NCBI GenBank assembly: GCA_965199495.1
Contig: CBDASK010000003.1
Coordinates: forward strand, 2,464,001 to 2,528,000
Source of the DNA: Abditibacterium sp.
Lineage (GTDB): Bacteria > Armatimonadota > Abditibacteriia > Abditibacteriales > Abditibacteriaceae
Reading direction: 5' to 3'
Length of the DNA stretch: 64,000 bases
Shown here: piece by piece, positions 29,146 to 39,288 of the stretch
Position numbering within the stretch: position 1 is the stretch's first letter
How the letters are laid out: every line of letters begins with the position of its first letter
Position numbers and translations under genes: made by a program
The notes under the pieces: model-generated
Database searches by the model: none
What the model saw: the letters and a program-made list of their open reading frames with translations, nothing else
What the model was told of the DNA's origin: nothing

Positions 29146-31014
29146 TCAACCTTTCTCGACCAAATACGCCCGCGCCCCAAACTTCACCACATCGCCAATA
29201 AGCAAAGCTGTCGGCGCGTTCGCCGCCAGCTTGCGACTATTAACGAACGTGCCATTGGTCGAACCCAAATCGGTCACGATCAATGCTTTTGGCCCGATTT
29301 GCAAGCGCGCGTGGCGCGACGAAACGCCCGCGTCGGCGATGATTAAATCGTTGTCCGCCGCGCGTCCGAGAGTTAAAGTTCCGCTCGCGGGCAAGTTCAA
29401 CGCGGGTTCGCCGCGCAGTCGCCACGAAGCAGCCACCGGCATCGGCTCGGCGACGATTGGCGGTTGAATCGGCGCGGTTTGAACTGGAATCGGTGCGCGT
29501 GGCTGGATGGGCGCGGCGCCCGCGCCTTCGAGATAGAGCGTGATTTCGACGTTGCCGAAACGGCGCGTATCGCCGTTTTGGAGCGGGCGCGTTTGGCCGG
29601 TGAAATCGGTCAAAGTTGGGTGCCCGCCCTCAAAGGCGTAGCGCGCGGCGACGGCGGGGGCTTCGCGCGTGAAGATGCGACATTTGCTGCGGTCACTGCC
29701 AACGGCTAACGGCTGCGCGCCCAGACTAAGGTCGAACGCGTCTTTGGGACCATAAGAAACGTGCAGATAGGCTTTGCGAAACGCGACTTCGGCCCAGACG
29801 ACCATCGCGCCGATGGCGAAACCCAAAATCGTGGCGCCCAGCAAACGGCCCGTCACATCGTTGGCAAAACGCGCGGCCAAAATAAACGCCATCGCGCCGA
29901 TCCAGCCGCCGCCCGCGCCGCCCAAAATCGCGCGCCACGCTTGCAGATTGGGCACGAACGGCGCGAGGCCCGCGCCCAAGAGGGCGCCGCCCGCCGCCCA
30001 CGCGACCAGACGGCTGAGCGTGATGGTGAAGTTGTTATCGCCCGCGCCCGAAAAAATCAGTTGCCCCAGCAAACCGGCGACGCATCCGGCACCCAAGCCC
30101 GCCGCCATGCCGCCGATTTCGGCCCAGCCGACTTTGCGCCGCGTGGTGCGACTTTGTATGCCAATTAAAGCGATGGAGGCGCCCAATCCGACCAATGCCG
30201 CCCAGACCGCCGTGCGCGTCCATTCGAGCGCGGCGTCGTAGTTCGCGACGGCGTGCGATTGAATCATCGCGCGGCCTTTGTTGCCGGTTAAGGCTTGTTC
30301 GGCGCGCTGAAACGCTTCGCCGAAACTGCCCGCCGACGCGGCAAAAACTAAATTGGGATCGCCCGTTAATTGCGCCAGATAATCTTTGTCGGCGTCGTCG
30401 GTGCCAATCGCCACGATTTTCATCCCCGAACTCCGCGCGCCCTGCGCGACTTTTAACGTTCGAGCAACGGGATTGACATTCGTGCCATCGTCGTTCGCAC
30501 CGTCGGGATAGCCGTCGGTAAACAGTAGGATATTGCGCGCTTCGGTCGTCTGTTTGGCCGTGCCCGCGAGGGCGAGTTGCGGCGTTTGCGGCAAGGCGCC
30601 GACGGCGCTTTGCATTCCCAAATCCATGCGCGTCGAACCGTCCACGCTCAGACTGTCAATCGCGCCGTGGAGCGCCAGAGGGTCACGCGAAAGCGGGCTG
30701 ACGACGCGACTTTGCGAGTTGAATTCGATGACGGCCACGCGGGCGGTCGCGAAATCCTGCCGGTCAATATAAGCGTTGGCGGCGCGCTTCATTTCGTCGA
30801 GGGAACCGAACATCATGCTGCCCGATGTATCCAAAACCAGCGCAACAGCTTGAGGCGGCGCGGGCGGCGGCGGTGGGGGCGGCGGTGGAGGCGGCGGCGC
30901 GGTGAGCGCCAGAAATCCCTCGCCCAGCGCCGCGAAAAGCAGCGTGCCCAGCGCGGCGGTCGCGCCGAAAAGCATCGGTTTTTTCCAGCGGTTGTGGCGA
31001 GAGGGCGATTGCAT
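29146..31014 (-). CDS. Membrane protein: TM - poly-Pro - vWA - Gly-rich TM bundle - degenerate FHA-like - FHA
   Basis: DTSGSM MIDAS, GST, LFTDG; LGR..VSSRHA..DLGSTNGT. Confidence 0.88.
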   Translation of the reverse strand: MQSPSRHNRWKKPMLFGATAALGTLLFAALGEGFLALTAPPPPPPPPPPPPAPPQAVALVLDTSGSMMFGSLDEMKRAANAYIDRQDFATARVAVIEFNSQSRVVSPLSRDPLALHGAIDSLSVDGSTRMDLGMQSAVGALPQTPQLALAGTAKQTTEARNILLFTDGYPDGANDDGTNVNPVARTLKVAQGARSSGMKIVAIGTDDADKDYLAQLTGDPNLVFAASAGSFGEAFQRAEQALTGNKGRAMIQSHAVANYDAALEWTRTAVWAALVGLGASIALIGIQSRTTRRKVGWAEIGGMAAGLGAGCVAGLLGQLIFSGAGDNNFTITLSRLVAWAAGGALLGAGLAPFVPNLQAWRAILGGAGGGWIGAMAFILAARFANDVTGRLLGATILGFAIGAMVVWAEVAFRKAYLHVSYGPKDAFDLSLGAQPLAVGSDRSKCRIFTREAPAVAARYAFEGGHPTLTDFTGQTRPLQNGDTRRFGNVEITLYLEGAGAAPIQPRAPIPVQTAPIQPPIVAEPMPVAASWRLRGEPALNLPASGTLTLGRAADNDLIIADAGVSSRHARLQIGPKALIVTDLGSTNGTFVNSRKLAANAPTALLIGDVVKFGARAYLVEKG

Positions 31015-31028
31015 GGAGGAAAGTAAAA

Positions 31029-31237
31029 CGCGTTTCGGTTAGTTTGCTCTGTTCTCTCGCTTCGCTTTGTCATTCTGAGCGGCGTGAGGAACGAACGAAG
31101 TCGAAGAATCCATAACTCTCGATGAAGTGAAAGCGAAGTTCAGTCACGACCGATGGATTCTTCGACTTCGTTCGTTCCTCACGCCGCTCAGAATGACAAA
31201 GCGAAGCGAGAGAACAGAGCAAACTAACCGAAACGCG
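31029..31237. repeat. REP/REPIN-like doublet, GTCATT family with extended arms
   Basis: Perfect 85-bp IR (31029-31113 / 31153-31237); inner part related to 322-456. Confidence 0.92.
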
Positions 31238-31283
31238 CTCACAGGGACAATGAACGGCAGGCGTCATGGCTCGAAATTTAGAA

Positions 31284-32651
31284 TTACAAAGCCCGCAACG
31301 CGAAGTCGAGTTTGCCCAATCGCACGCGGTCGCCGACGTTTAATTTGCGCGCGACGTTCGGCGCCAACTTCTCGCCGTTGACGAAGGTGCCGTTGGTCGA
31401 ACCCAAATCGGTCAGTTGCAGCGCGCCGCACTGCCATTGCACTTGCGCGTGGCGCGACGAAACGCCCGCATCGGCCACGACAATCGCGCTATTGGCCGTG
31501 CGCCCGATTGTCGCGGGTTGCTCGCACTTGGGAATCGCGAGGCTGTGGCCTTGAAGCGACAAAAACGCGAAATTTGGCATCGTCGCGCGAATCGTCGGCG
31601 CGTTGGCCGAAACGGACGCGGGCGCCGTGGCTGCATCGGGCGCGGCCCAACCGGCGACCGTTTTCGCGTTAGAAGTTGCGGGCGAATTGGCGGGCGGCGC
31701 GTAAATTGGCGCGGCGGTAGGCGATGGGTAAGTGGGCGTTCGCGATTTACTTGATTTCGATTGAAAGCGAAATTGGGTGGCGCCGATTTTTAGCGTGTCG
31801 CCCGGCGTTAAGGGCGCGTTCTCGCACGCGACGCCGTTGATTCCAATGGCCTCGCCCTGCCAAAACCATTGGCCGTTTTGCGAAACTAAGGCGCCCAATT
31901 TGGCGGGCAAATGTGTGTCACGAAACAGCGAAATCGCGTTCGATTCGTCGCGACCAACCGAAACGCGCGCCGTGTTGAGCGGATATTCTTTGCCCTCGTA
32001 ATCGCCGCTCGAAATGCCCAAAAGCCACGCGTCTTTCATCGCGTCCTGCACCACACGCATCAGCAACGCGATGAGTGCGCCCATGATGATTTGGCCGACG
32101 AAGCGCGAAAACGCGCCGTCGCCGCCACTGCCGCCCAGCGAGGCCAGACCGTCGAAAACGAAGCCGCCGATGAACCCGCCCAACGCGCCGCCCAACGCGC
32201 CGCGCGCGGATTGGAGCATATCGCGGCGCACGAAACCCAATCCCACGCCGACCGCCGCGCCCATCAGCGCCCAGCCGATGCCGCGCGTGATCGAGTTTTG
32301 CACAAGCAAATACGAAGTCTGACCGGCCACGCCACCCAAAAACGAGAGCGCGAAAAACAAGGGCAACGCCAACAGCAAATCGCGATGCCATTGGCCGCGC
32401 AGACTGCGCAAGTTGTCGTAAATTAAAATCGCCGCGCCAATCGTCAGGCCGATGGCGCCCGACCACAACGCCGAACCGACGATGAGACCGACGAGATCGG
32501 TGGCGGGCGCGCCACTGTTGGCGCCCGTGAGCGAGCCGACGAGTTCGCCGACGGGGAACGACAGCAAGCCGCCGCCCGCGCCCGCAAACGCCGCCCATAA
32601 ACTGCCCGCCGAAAACGGCGAAACCGCCGTTGAAGTTGTGGTGGTGCCCAT
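31284..32651 (-). CDS. Membrane protein: Gly-rich TM bundle - degenerate FHA - FHA
   Basis: VSVGRD (first domain lacks SRxH); IGR..VSSRHA..DLGSTNGT. Confidence 0.88.
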   Translation of the reverse strand: MGTTTTSTAVSPFSAGSLWAAFAGAGGGLLSFPVGELVGSLTGANSGAPATDLVGLIVGSALWSGAIGLTIGAAILIYDNLRSLRGQWHRDLLLALPLFFALSFLGGVAGQTSYLLVQNSITRGIGWALMGAAVGVGLGFVRRDMLQSARGALGGALGGFIGGFVFDGLASLGGSGGDGAFSRFVGQIIMGALIALLMRVVQDAMKDAWLLGISSGDYEGKEYPLNTARVSVGRDESNAISLFRDTHLPAKLGALVSQNGQWFWQGEAIGINGVACENAPLTPGDTLKIGATQFRFQSKSSKSRTPTYPSPTAAPIYAPPANSPATSNAKTVAGWAAPDAATAPASVSANAPTIRATMPNFAFLSLQGHSLAIPKCEQPATIGRTANSAIVVADAGVSSRHAQVQWQCGALQLTDLGSTNGTFVNGEKLAPNVARKLNVGDRVRLGKLDFALRAL

Positions 32652-32743
32652 GAAATTTAGCGTTTTAATTGACGCGTCGGCGTTAAATTTGTGTTCATAA
32701 GAATTGCGCGGTTGAAGCCTCAGCCCCGCCGCTACGCAAATTT

Positions 32744-34642
32744 CTACATCTCGTCATTCAGCCGAATGCGGCAAATATCCACGCTATAATCGCGCGCGCC
32801 CGCCGCGATAATATAATCGTGGGGCGCTTGAGTAATCGGCGCGAAACGCAGTTTCTCGATGCGCCCGCGCATCGCCGAACCGCCGGGCGTGCGGCGCAAC
32901 GTGTAATTGCGAAACACCGCGCCCCGCGCGGTGCGAATGAAAACCGCGTCGGTTTTGCCGACTGCCACCAGACGGCTATCGGGCGACCACGCCACGCATT
33001 CGGGCAAGCCGCCCATGTCATGCTCCCACGACAGCGTGCCTTGCGCGGCGTGCCAGACGCGCAGCCTCGAATCGGCGCCAGTCGTGGCAATCCACTGCCC
33101 GTCGGGCGACCACGTGACGCCCGTCAGCGCGGCACCGTGCGCGGTGATTTGCCCGATGTCGCTCAAATCGTGGCCGCTCCACAGGCGCAACACTCCGTCC
33201 ATAATGCCCGCGACAGCCAGCGCGTTGCCATCGGGCGACCATGCGATGGCCAGCGCGCCCGGCGTGCGCCGCGCCTTGATGGCGCCCGCATCGGCGTTCC
33301 ACAGCGTCACGGCGCCCGCATCAGCCACAGCGAGTTCGCGGCGCGCCGGACAAAACGCCAAATCGCGCACCACGCCCGCGCAATCGGTCAACTGCGCCAA
33401 AGGTTTGCTGTCGCGGCTGACCAAATTGACGCCGTCCCAAATATCAACGCGCTCATCGCGCCCGCCGCTCGCCAGCAAACTGCCGTCGGGCGCGTAGGCC
33501 AGCGCCAAAACGCCGCCCGCGTGCGCGCTCCACATCGCGCGCGCCGGAGTGATGGTATCGTGCCAGTTCCACTCGCAAATTTTGCTGTCGGCGCCGCCCG
33601 AAATCAGCCGCTTACCGTCGGGCGCAAACGCCAGCGCCAACACTGGCGCGATGTGCCGTTTCATCGTCGAATTGATCAACGCCGCGTGCGTGCCCGCCGC
33701 GTCAACGCCCGCGACATCTGGCGCCGCCATTGGCGCCGTGGCTGCTGTCGAGGCGGCTCCGATTGGCGGCGGCGGGCGGCGCGCGGGCGATTTTTGACCT
33801 TTGAGTTGCGCCTCGAATTCGCCCGCCGATTGCGGGCGGCGCGCGAATTCCATCGCTAACGCGCCCATAATCGCGTCGGTGAGCAAGGGCGTCAAGCCCG
33901 GTCGGAGCGATTCGAGTTTGGGGAGCGGAACGTCGGCGGCGCGGTCGGTGGCGGCGACGGGTTTGGTTCCGCTCAGCGCGTGATAGAGCGTGGCGGCCAG
34001 AGCGTAAATATCGCTGGCCGGGCCGCGTTTGGCGTTGGAGGCGTATTGTTCGAGCGGCGCGTAACCCGGCGTCACGATTTGCGTCATTTTGGTCGCGCTA
34101 TGGTCAAAAGCGCGCGCCGTGCCGAAATCAATCAAAACCGCGCCGCCGCTCCGGCGCAAAATCACGTTATCGGGCTTAATATCGCGATGCAAAACGCCCG
34201 CGCCATGAACAACCGCAAGCGCGCCCGCCAAGCGCGAACCGATGTCGGTCACTTCCCATTCGTCCAATCGCGTTTTGTCCTGGATGCGCGCTTCGAGCGT
34301 CTCGCCCTCGATCCATTCCATCACCATGTAGGCAGTGTTATTTTCTTCAAATGTGCCCGCGACGCCGACGATGCCGGGATGCTGGAAGCGGCCCAAAACG
34401 CGCGCTTCGTTGAGAAATTCGGCGACGCCCCGATGAAGAGCCACGGCGTCGGCCATCACGACATCGCGGCCCTGGCGCAACGCGCCCGCCGGGAAGTATT
34501 CTTTGATGGCGACGTAACGTTTGAGCGCCATATCGCCGCCTTTGTAGGTGATGCCGAAGCCGCCCTGCCCCAAAACTTCGCCGAGGGCATAGGTGCCGTT
34601 GTGAAGTCGAGTGCCGCGAGGCAGGGCGGAAGTGGAAGGCAT
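32744..34642 (-). CDS. Hanks-type Ser/Thr protein kinase with WD40 repeats
   Basis: GQGGFG, VAIKE, HRDIKPDN, DFG, GYAPLEQ; repeats LAFAPDG/WSPDG..S(T)GG.D. Confidence 0.95.
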   Translation of the reverse strand: MPSTSALPRGTRLHNGTYALGEVLGQGGFGITYKGGDMALKRYVAIKEYFPAGALRQGRDVVMADAVALHRGVAEFLNEARVLGRFQHPGIVGVAGTFEENNTAYMVMEWIEGETLEARIQDKTRLDEWEVTDIGSRLAGALAVVHGAGVLHRDIKPDNVILRRSGGAVLIDFGTARAFDHSATKMTQIVTPGYAPLEQYASNAKRGPASDIYALAATLYHALSGTKPVAATDRAADVPLPKLESLRPGLTPLLTDAIMGALAMEFARRPQSAGEFEAQLKGQKSPARRPPPPIGAASTAATAPMAAPDVAGVDAAGTHAALINSTMKRHIAPVLALAFAPDGKRLISGGADSKICEWNWHDTITPARAMWSAHAGGVLALAYAPDGSLLASGGRDERVDIWDGVNLVSRDSKPLAQLTDCAGVVRDLAFCPARRELAVADAGAVTLWNADAGAIKARRTPGALAIAWSPDGNALAVAGIMDGVLRLWSGHDLSDIGQITAHGAALTGVTWSPDGQWIATTGADSRLRVWHAAQGTLSWEHDMGGLPECVAWSPDSRLVAVGKTDAVFIRTARGAVFRNYTLRRTPGGSAMRGRIEKLRFAPITQAPHDYIIAAGARDYSVDICRIRLNDEM

Positions 34643-34691
34643 TTTGTGTGCTATAAGTATTGTAAGTTAGATATTGCGCCATTGGCCGGTT

Positions 34692-34852
34692 TGTCATTTC
34701 GAGCGCCGGGTGCCCCCTGGGCGGCAGAAATCTTTTGGCCCCGCGCCAGCGGAAATGATGCAAAAGCCTGAAGGTGAAAACCGCTCCAACTGCGCTGCCG
34801 CGCGGGCGCAAGATTTCTGCCGCCCAGGGGGCACCCGGCGCTCGAAATGACA
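34692..34852. repeat. REP/REPIN-like doublet, GTCATT family variant
   Basis: Perfect 43-bp IR TGTCATTTCGAGCGCCGGGTGCCCCCTGGGCGGCAGAAATCTT (34692-34734 / 34810-34852). Confidence 0.9.
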
Positions 34853-34859
34853 GGCCACT

Positions 34860-35732
34860 TCAACCCGCGCGCCCGTCTTTAACCGTCACTGCGCCCGCGT
34901 TGCGGCTCTCCAACACGCCCTCGAACGGCACCGACTGGTTGGGCGTGTATTTCGGCAACGTCTGCGGCGGCGTCGCATCAAGATCAATCGTCACTTTTAA
35001 AGCGCCTTTGACGTTTTTGCAATTGACAATTAGCGGCCCGGTGGCTGCATTGCCCAGGCTGACGAACTCGCCGCGCCAGTTGATTTTCTTGCCCTGAACC
35101 GAATCCCAGTAAAGCGATTGTTGCTGCGGCGTGCCCGTCGTGAGATTGGCGTAAAGTTCGTCAAATGTCGGCCCGCTTGCAGCCACGGCGCCGGTTGTCG
35201 GTGCGGCAGTCGCGTTTGGCGTTGGTTCGCTTGTCGGCGCCGTCGTCGCTTGCGCGGTTGGCGCGACCGTCGGTTGCGCGGTTGTGGCGGGCACAATCGG
35301 CGCGAGCGCCGTCGTCGCGCTGGGCGTAGGAGCCACGGCGACCGTCGGCGCCGGTTTTTTGCCCAGCAACGCCCACAACGCCATGCCCAGAAGCAACCAT
35401 CCCAAGCCGCCCGCGACCATCGCCCACGCGGGGACTTGCACCTTGTTTTGCGCGCGCTGCGCCATCGTCGGCGCGCCTTTTGGCGTTGGCGATTCAACAA
35501 TCGGCGTCGGTTTCGCTTCGCCCATCGGCGGAATTGCGACGGTTTTGGCGCCCGCATCGGTCGGCGTGGCAGATGGCGCGACGACGGGTTGCGGCGCCGA
35601 CTTTTGGGGCACATCTTTGGGCGCGACATAACCCGGCGCCCACGGCAACGCCGCGCCGCATTTGTAGCATTTCTCGACGTATTTCGAGTTTTTGGCGCCG
35701 CAAACGGCGCACTGGCCGAGATCAACTTTCAT
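34860..35732 (-). CDS. Zinc-ribbon - Pro-rich linker - TM - Pro/Thr/Ala linker - small OB-like domain protein
   Basis: CAVC..CYKC; single TM; C-terminal GKKINWRGEF..FEG. Confidence 0.7.
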   Translation of the reverse strand: MKVDLGQCAVCGAKNSKYVEKCYKCGAALPWAPGYVAPKDVPQKSAPQPVVAPSATPTDAGAKTVAIPPMGEAKPTPIVESPTPKGAPTMAQRAQNKVQVPAWAMVAGGLGWLLLGMALWALLGKKPAPTVAVAPTPSATTALAPIVPATTAQPTVAPTAQATTAPTSEPTPNATAAPTTGAVAASGPTFDELYANLTTGTPQQQSLYWDSVQGKKINWRGEFVSLGNAATGPLIVNCKNVKGALKVTIDLDATPPQTLPKYTPNQSVPFEGVLESRNAGAVTVKDGRAG

Positions 35733-35754
35733 GATTTTAGTTTAGATTTAACCT

Positions 35755-37590
35755 TCAATAGCCGTTGCCGCCGCTCCCCGAAACGCCGCTCAAAAATGTG
35801 GCGCTGAGCCACAGTCCCCACAAAACCGTGCCGATAATTCCCATAATGCGTCCGGCCTGCACCGTGCCTCGGTCGCCGGGGTCGCTATCGCCGTAGGCCG
35901 CGAGCGCGTTGTTGCCGGTAATCCACGCGACGGGCGCGAAAATGCCGCAACAGAAAAACCCCAAAATGCCATAAGTCAAAACCGTGCCGCCCCGCTTTGC
36001 GATAAACGGCTGCATCGCTGGCGAGTAGCCACCGCCGCCCTGCGGGTGCGGAATCGGCGGCGCATAGGGATTATTTTGTGGATAAACCGGCGCGGGCGCC
36101 ATGCCGACCGACGGATCGGCGGGCAGGTTGCGCAATTCGGTCGTAAGAATTCCGATTAAACGGCGCGTTTCATCTTTGCCGCGTCCGTAATCGCTGACCG
36201 TCATCGAGTTCGACGGGCGCGAATCCACCGTCACCATCACGCCGCGATTGTCCTGCGTGACCTGCCCGCTCACGCTTTGCGAATTGGAGCGTAAGTCCAA
36301 ACCGGTTTTGCCCAAAACACGGTAATTGGGTGCATCAACTTCGGGTTGCAGGATGCCAAATAGTCCAAAGCTGCGCTGAACCGCGAGCAAAACTCTGGTG
36401 GGCGCCGCGTTGGTGAGCAGTTGATTTTCGGAAATCTGCGTCACCGTCGCGCTGCCCGTGGCTGCACCGGGCGCCGGAGCAAACGGTACACTCGTTGGCG
36501 CCCCCGTGCCCCAGCCGCCGCCCATCTGCGTCAGGGCGTTGTCAACGGCGGGCGTCGGCACGAGCGGCGCCGCTTGCGGACGTTTAATCGCGTCCAAAAA
36601 CGCGCCGATGTTTTGCGGGCGTTCGCTGGCTTTCACCTGCATCGCCCACACCAAAGCATCAGAAAAAGTTTTGGAAAGTTTCGGGTTTAACTCGCGCGGC
36701 GCTTTCAGTTCGACGCCCGCCGCCCGGTCGGTCGCTTGGGGCGGAACTTGGCCAGTGACCGCGTGATAAAGCGTGGCTGCGAGCGCATAAATATCGGTAT
36801 ACGCGCCAAAGCGCGCCTGTTGCCCGTATTGTTCGAGCGGCGCGTAACCCGGCGTCAGCATCGTGGTTTGCTTGACGGTTTTGCCGCTCGCAAACGCGCG
36901 CGCCGTGCCAAAATCAATCAAAACCACGCGGCCATCTTTGGTCAGACAGATGTTATCGGGCTTCAAATCGCGATGAATAATGCCCGCGTCGTGAACGACT
37001 TTAAGCGCGACGCCGACTTTCTCGGCAATCGTAACCGCTTCGCTTTCGTCCAACACGGTTTGCTCGATCATGCGTTTGCTCAAAGTCGAACCTTCGAGAA
37101 ATTCCATCACCATGTAAGCGGTGTTATTCTCTTCAAAGACGCCGAAAACGCGCACGATGCCCGGATCGGAAAAGCGCGCCAGAGTGCGCGCCTCCTCGAT
37201 GAATTTGGCTTTGACGTTGGCGTAATCCGCCGCCGACAAAGTCCCGGCAGGTTGCACCGTGGCGTCCTGGCGCGCGCAGCCTTGCGGGAAAAATTCTTTG
37301 ATGGCGACGTAGCGCCGCAAATTCAAATCGCCGCCTTTATAAGTGATGCCGAAACCGCCTTGCCCCAAAACTTCGCCGACGGCGTAATTGCCGTTATTGA
37401 GGCGCACGCCCTTGGGCAATTGCGGCGAATAAGCGGCGGGCGCGATGCCGTGGCTGGATGTGCCACCGGTCTTAATGCCGGGCGTGCCGCTCATCGGCGT
37501 GCCCGTCGCGCTGAGGCCGAGCGCCGCGCCGCACGCGGCGCACGTCAAGGCGTTATCGGGGTTTTGGTGTCCGCAAACTGCGCAAATCAT
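35755..37590 (-). CDS. Zinc-ribbon Hanks-type Ser/Thr kinase with C-terminal DUF4190-like TM hairpin
   Basis: CAVC..CAAC; GQGGFG, VAIKE, HRDLKPDN, DFG, GYAPLEQ; GILGFFCCG..AWITG..AGRIMGIIG. Confidence 0.93.
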   Translation of the reverse strand: MICAVCGHQNPDNALTCAACGAALGLSATGTPMSGTPGIKTGGTSSHGIAPAAYSPQLPKGVRLNNGNYAVGEVLGQGGFGITYKGGDLNLRRYVAIKEFFPQGCARQDATVQPAGTLSAADYANVKAKFIEEARTLARFSDPGIVRVFGVFEENNTAYMVMEFLEGSTLSKRMIEQTVLDESEAVTIAEKVGVALKVVHDAGIIHRDLKPDNICLTKDGRVVLIDFGTARAFASGKTVKQTTMLTPGYAPLEQYGQQARFGAYTDIYALAATLYHAVTGQVPPQATDRAAGVELKAPRELNPKLSKTFSDALVWAMQVKASERPQNIGAFLDAIKRPQAAPLVPTPAVDNALTQMGGGWGTGAPTSVPFAPAPGAATGSATVTQISENQLLTNAAPTRVLLAVQRSFGLFGILQPEVDAPNYRVLGKTGLDLRSNSQSVSGQVTQDNRGVMVTVDSRPSNSMTVSDYGRGKDETRRLIGILTTELRNLPADPSVGMAPAPVYPQNNPYAPPIPHPQGGGGYSPAMQPFIAKRGGTVLTYGILGFFCCGIFAPVAWITGNNALAAYGDSDPGDRGTVQAGRIMGIIGTVLWGLWLSATFLSGVSGSGGNGY

Positions 37591-37600
37591 AATGTAAAAG

Positions 37601-37733
37601 GGGACAGGAAACAGGAGACAAGGGAGACGGGGGAAACGCTACTCTCGCCAGACGCGCCTTAAAAGTCATAGTCACCCGATTGTTGTCATGCTCATTTCCT
37701 GTCTCCTGTTTCCCTCGTTTCCTGTCTCCTGTT
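37601..37733. repeat. Degenerate heptamer-based purine/pyrimidine inverted repeat
   Basis: ACAGGAA ACAGGAG ACAAGGG.. (37601-37637) opposite TTTCCTG TCTCCTG TTTCC.. (37695-37733). Confidence 0.7.
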
Positions 37734-39140
37734 CTACGTTCCCGTCATACGACGAATCTCTTCCGCCGACAAGCCACCGCGCCCGTCGTCGCCGACGACG
37801 GCGGTTTTGATGGTTTTGGTTTTCAGGCCCAACTGAACGGTTTTGGCGGTGCCGACCGAAATCGCGCCACTCGAATTCAGTTCGTCCATCGCGTTGGTCA
37901 GCATTTGCGTCATGGCGGCGTTGCCCAAGCGCTGCGTCATGCCCGCCGCGACTTGTAACGTTTGGCCCGCGCGCGAGGCGTCAATCGTCGCGATGCGCAC
38001 GGCGTCCTCGACCAAACGGCCCACGTTTTTCTGCTGCACGTAGCCGATAATTTCGGCATCAACGGCGGCAATCGCGGCTTCGTCGGTGGTGAACTCGATA
38101 AACAAGTTTTCGGGCGGAAACTCCTGCACGCGGCCCAAACCGGGCGCGTTGGCGACCAAGCCCAACTGCGAAATCCGCACGCGCGAAGGCGGACGCTCGA
38201 CGCCCTCGACCGTCATCTCGAAAATAAAAACGGTGAAATCGCCTTTCTCGATGTTGCCCAAACGCAACGGTTTTTCGCCCGCGTTGACATCGGCCAAATT
38301 GGGATAAACCCGCGTCACCGCGTTGACGCTGACGCCCTTAACGCTCGAAATCGTCGCCTTCAAATCGGTGACGACTTCGTTGATGCCTTTACCGATTTCC
38401 TCTTGCAAGACCGCGCCCATATCGGTGATTTCGCGCACATGATAAGGTCGTCCCTGCGTCGCGTCGGCCATCTGGCGCATCAGTTCGGCGTTGTATTCTT
38501 CGCCAAAACCAATCGAAATAATCGGCGTATTCGATTGCGCAAACGACGGCAAAAGTTCGCTGCACTGTTCTTCGTCAAATGCCGCGCCGTCGGTGAAAAC
38601 GATGGCGCGCTTGGCGGTTTCGGGCGGCAAGCGATTCATTTCGGCCAGAGCGCAGCGAAGTCCCTGCGCCATGCGCGTGCCTCCAGCGAAATCGCGCAAA
38701 CTTTCAATCGCCGAATGCAAATTGCCGCGTTGCGAAACCGGCGTGAGTGGCACCAAAGTGCGCGCTTCGTCATCGAAATGAATAATCGAAATCGTGTCGG
38801 TGGGCGCTAAGCGTTCGTCGTCCACCATGATGTGCGCGGCCTGAATCGCCTGATCTAATAACGTCGGCAAATTCATGTCGTAGGCGGCGTAGTTGCCGCC
38901 GTCCATCGCGCTGTCGCGGCCCTGCGCGCCGATCTGCTGGGCCAGCGTTTTGGCCTCGCTTTGGTCGGCGTACGATTGCATCGAGGCGCTGGTATCAATC
39001 ACGAGCGCGAGCGCGAGCGGCGGGCGCGAGGCGGCGACTTGCGCTTCGGGAATCATTTTAAGCATGGCGAACACTTTTTGCGCGTCGCCCGTGCCCGCTT
39101 TGAGACTGTTGCGGTGCGGCTTCCAGATGATTTTTAACAT
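37734..39140 (-). CDS. Cytoplasmic vWA-domain protein with beta-rich region and Thr-rich helical C-terminus
   Basis: VIDTSASM MIDAS, GGT, VFTDG, GFGEEYN; C-terminal GTAKTVQLGLKTKTIKT. Confidence 0.92.
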   Translation of the reverse strand: MLKIIWKPHRNSLKAGTGDAQKVFAMLKMIPEAQVAASRPPLALALVIDTSASMQSYADQSEAKTLAQQIGAQGRDSAMDGGNYAAYDMNLPTLLDQAIQAAHIMVDDERLAPTDTISIIHFDDEARTLVPLTPVSQRGNLHSAIESLRDFAGGTRMAQGLRCALAEMNRLPPETAKRAIVFTDGAAFDEEQCSELLPSFAQSNTPIISIGFGEEYNAELMRQMADATQGRPYHVREITDMGAVLQEEIGKGINEVVTDLKATISSVKGVSVNAVTRVYPNLADVNAGEKPLRLGNIEKGDFTVFIFEMTVEGVERPPSRVRISQLGLVANAPGLGRVQEFPPENLFIEFTTDEAAIAAVDAEIIGYVQQKNVGRLVEDAVRIATIDASRAGQTLQVAAGMTQRLGNAAMTQMLTNAMDELNSSGAISVGTAKTVQLGLKTKTIKTAVVGDDGRGGLSAEEIRRMTGT

Positions 39141-39170
39141 GATTTTAAGTCGTTTGAATTTCTTGTGCTT

Positions 39171-39267
39171 CGTAGAGACACCGACTTGTCGTGTCTAAAA
39201 AGGTCTGATTTGCTTCAACTTTGCGATAGCTCCGACGTTTTAGACACGACAAGTCGGTGTCTCTACG
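39171..39267. repeat. GTAG-type REP doublet
   Basis: Perfect 30-bp IR CGTAGAGACACCGACTTGTCGTGTCTAAAA (39171-39200 / 39238-39267). Confidence 0.92.
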
Positions 39268-39288
39268 GGGCACGATAGAAACCGAAAC

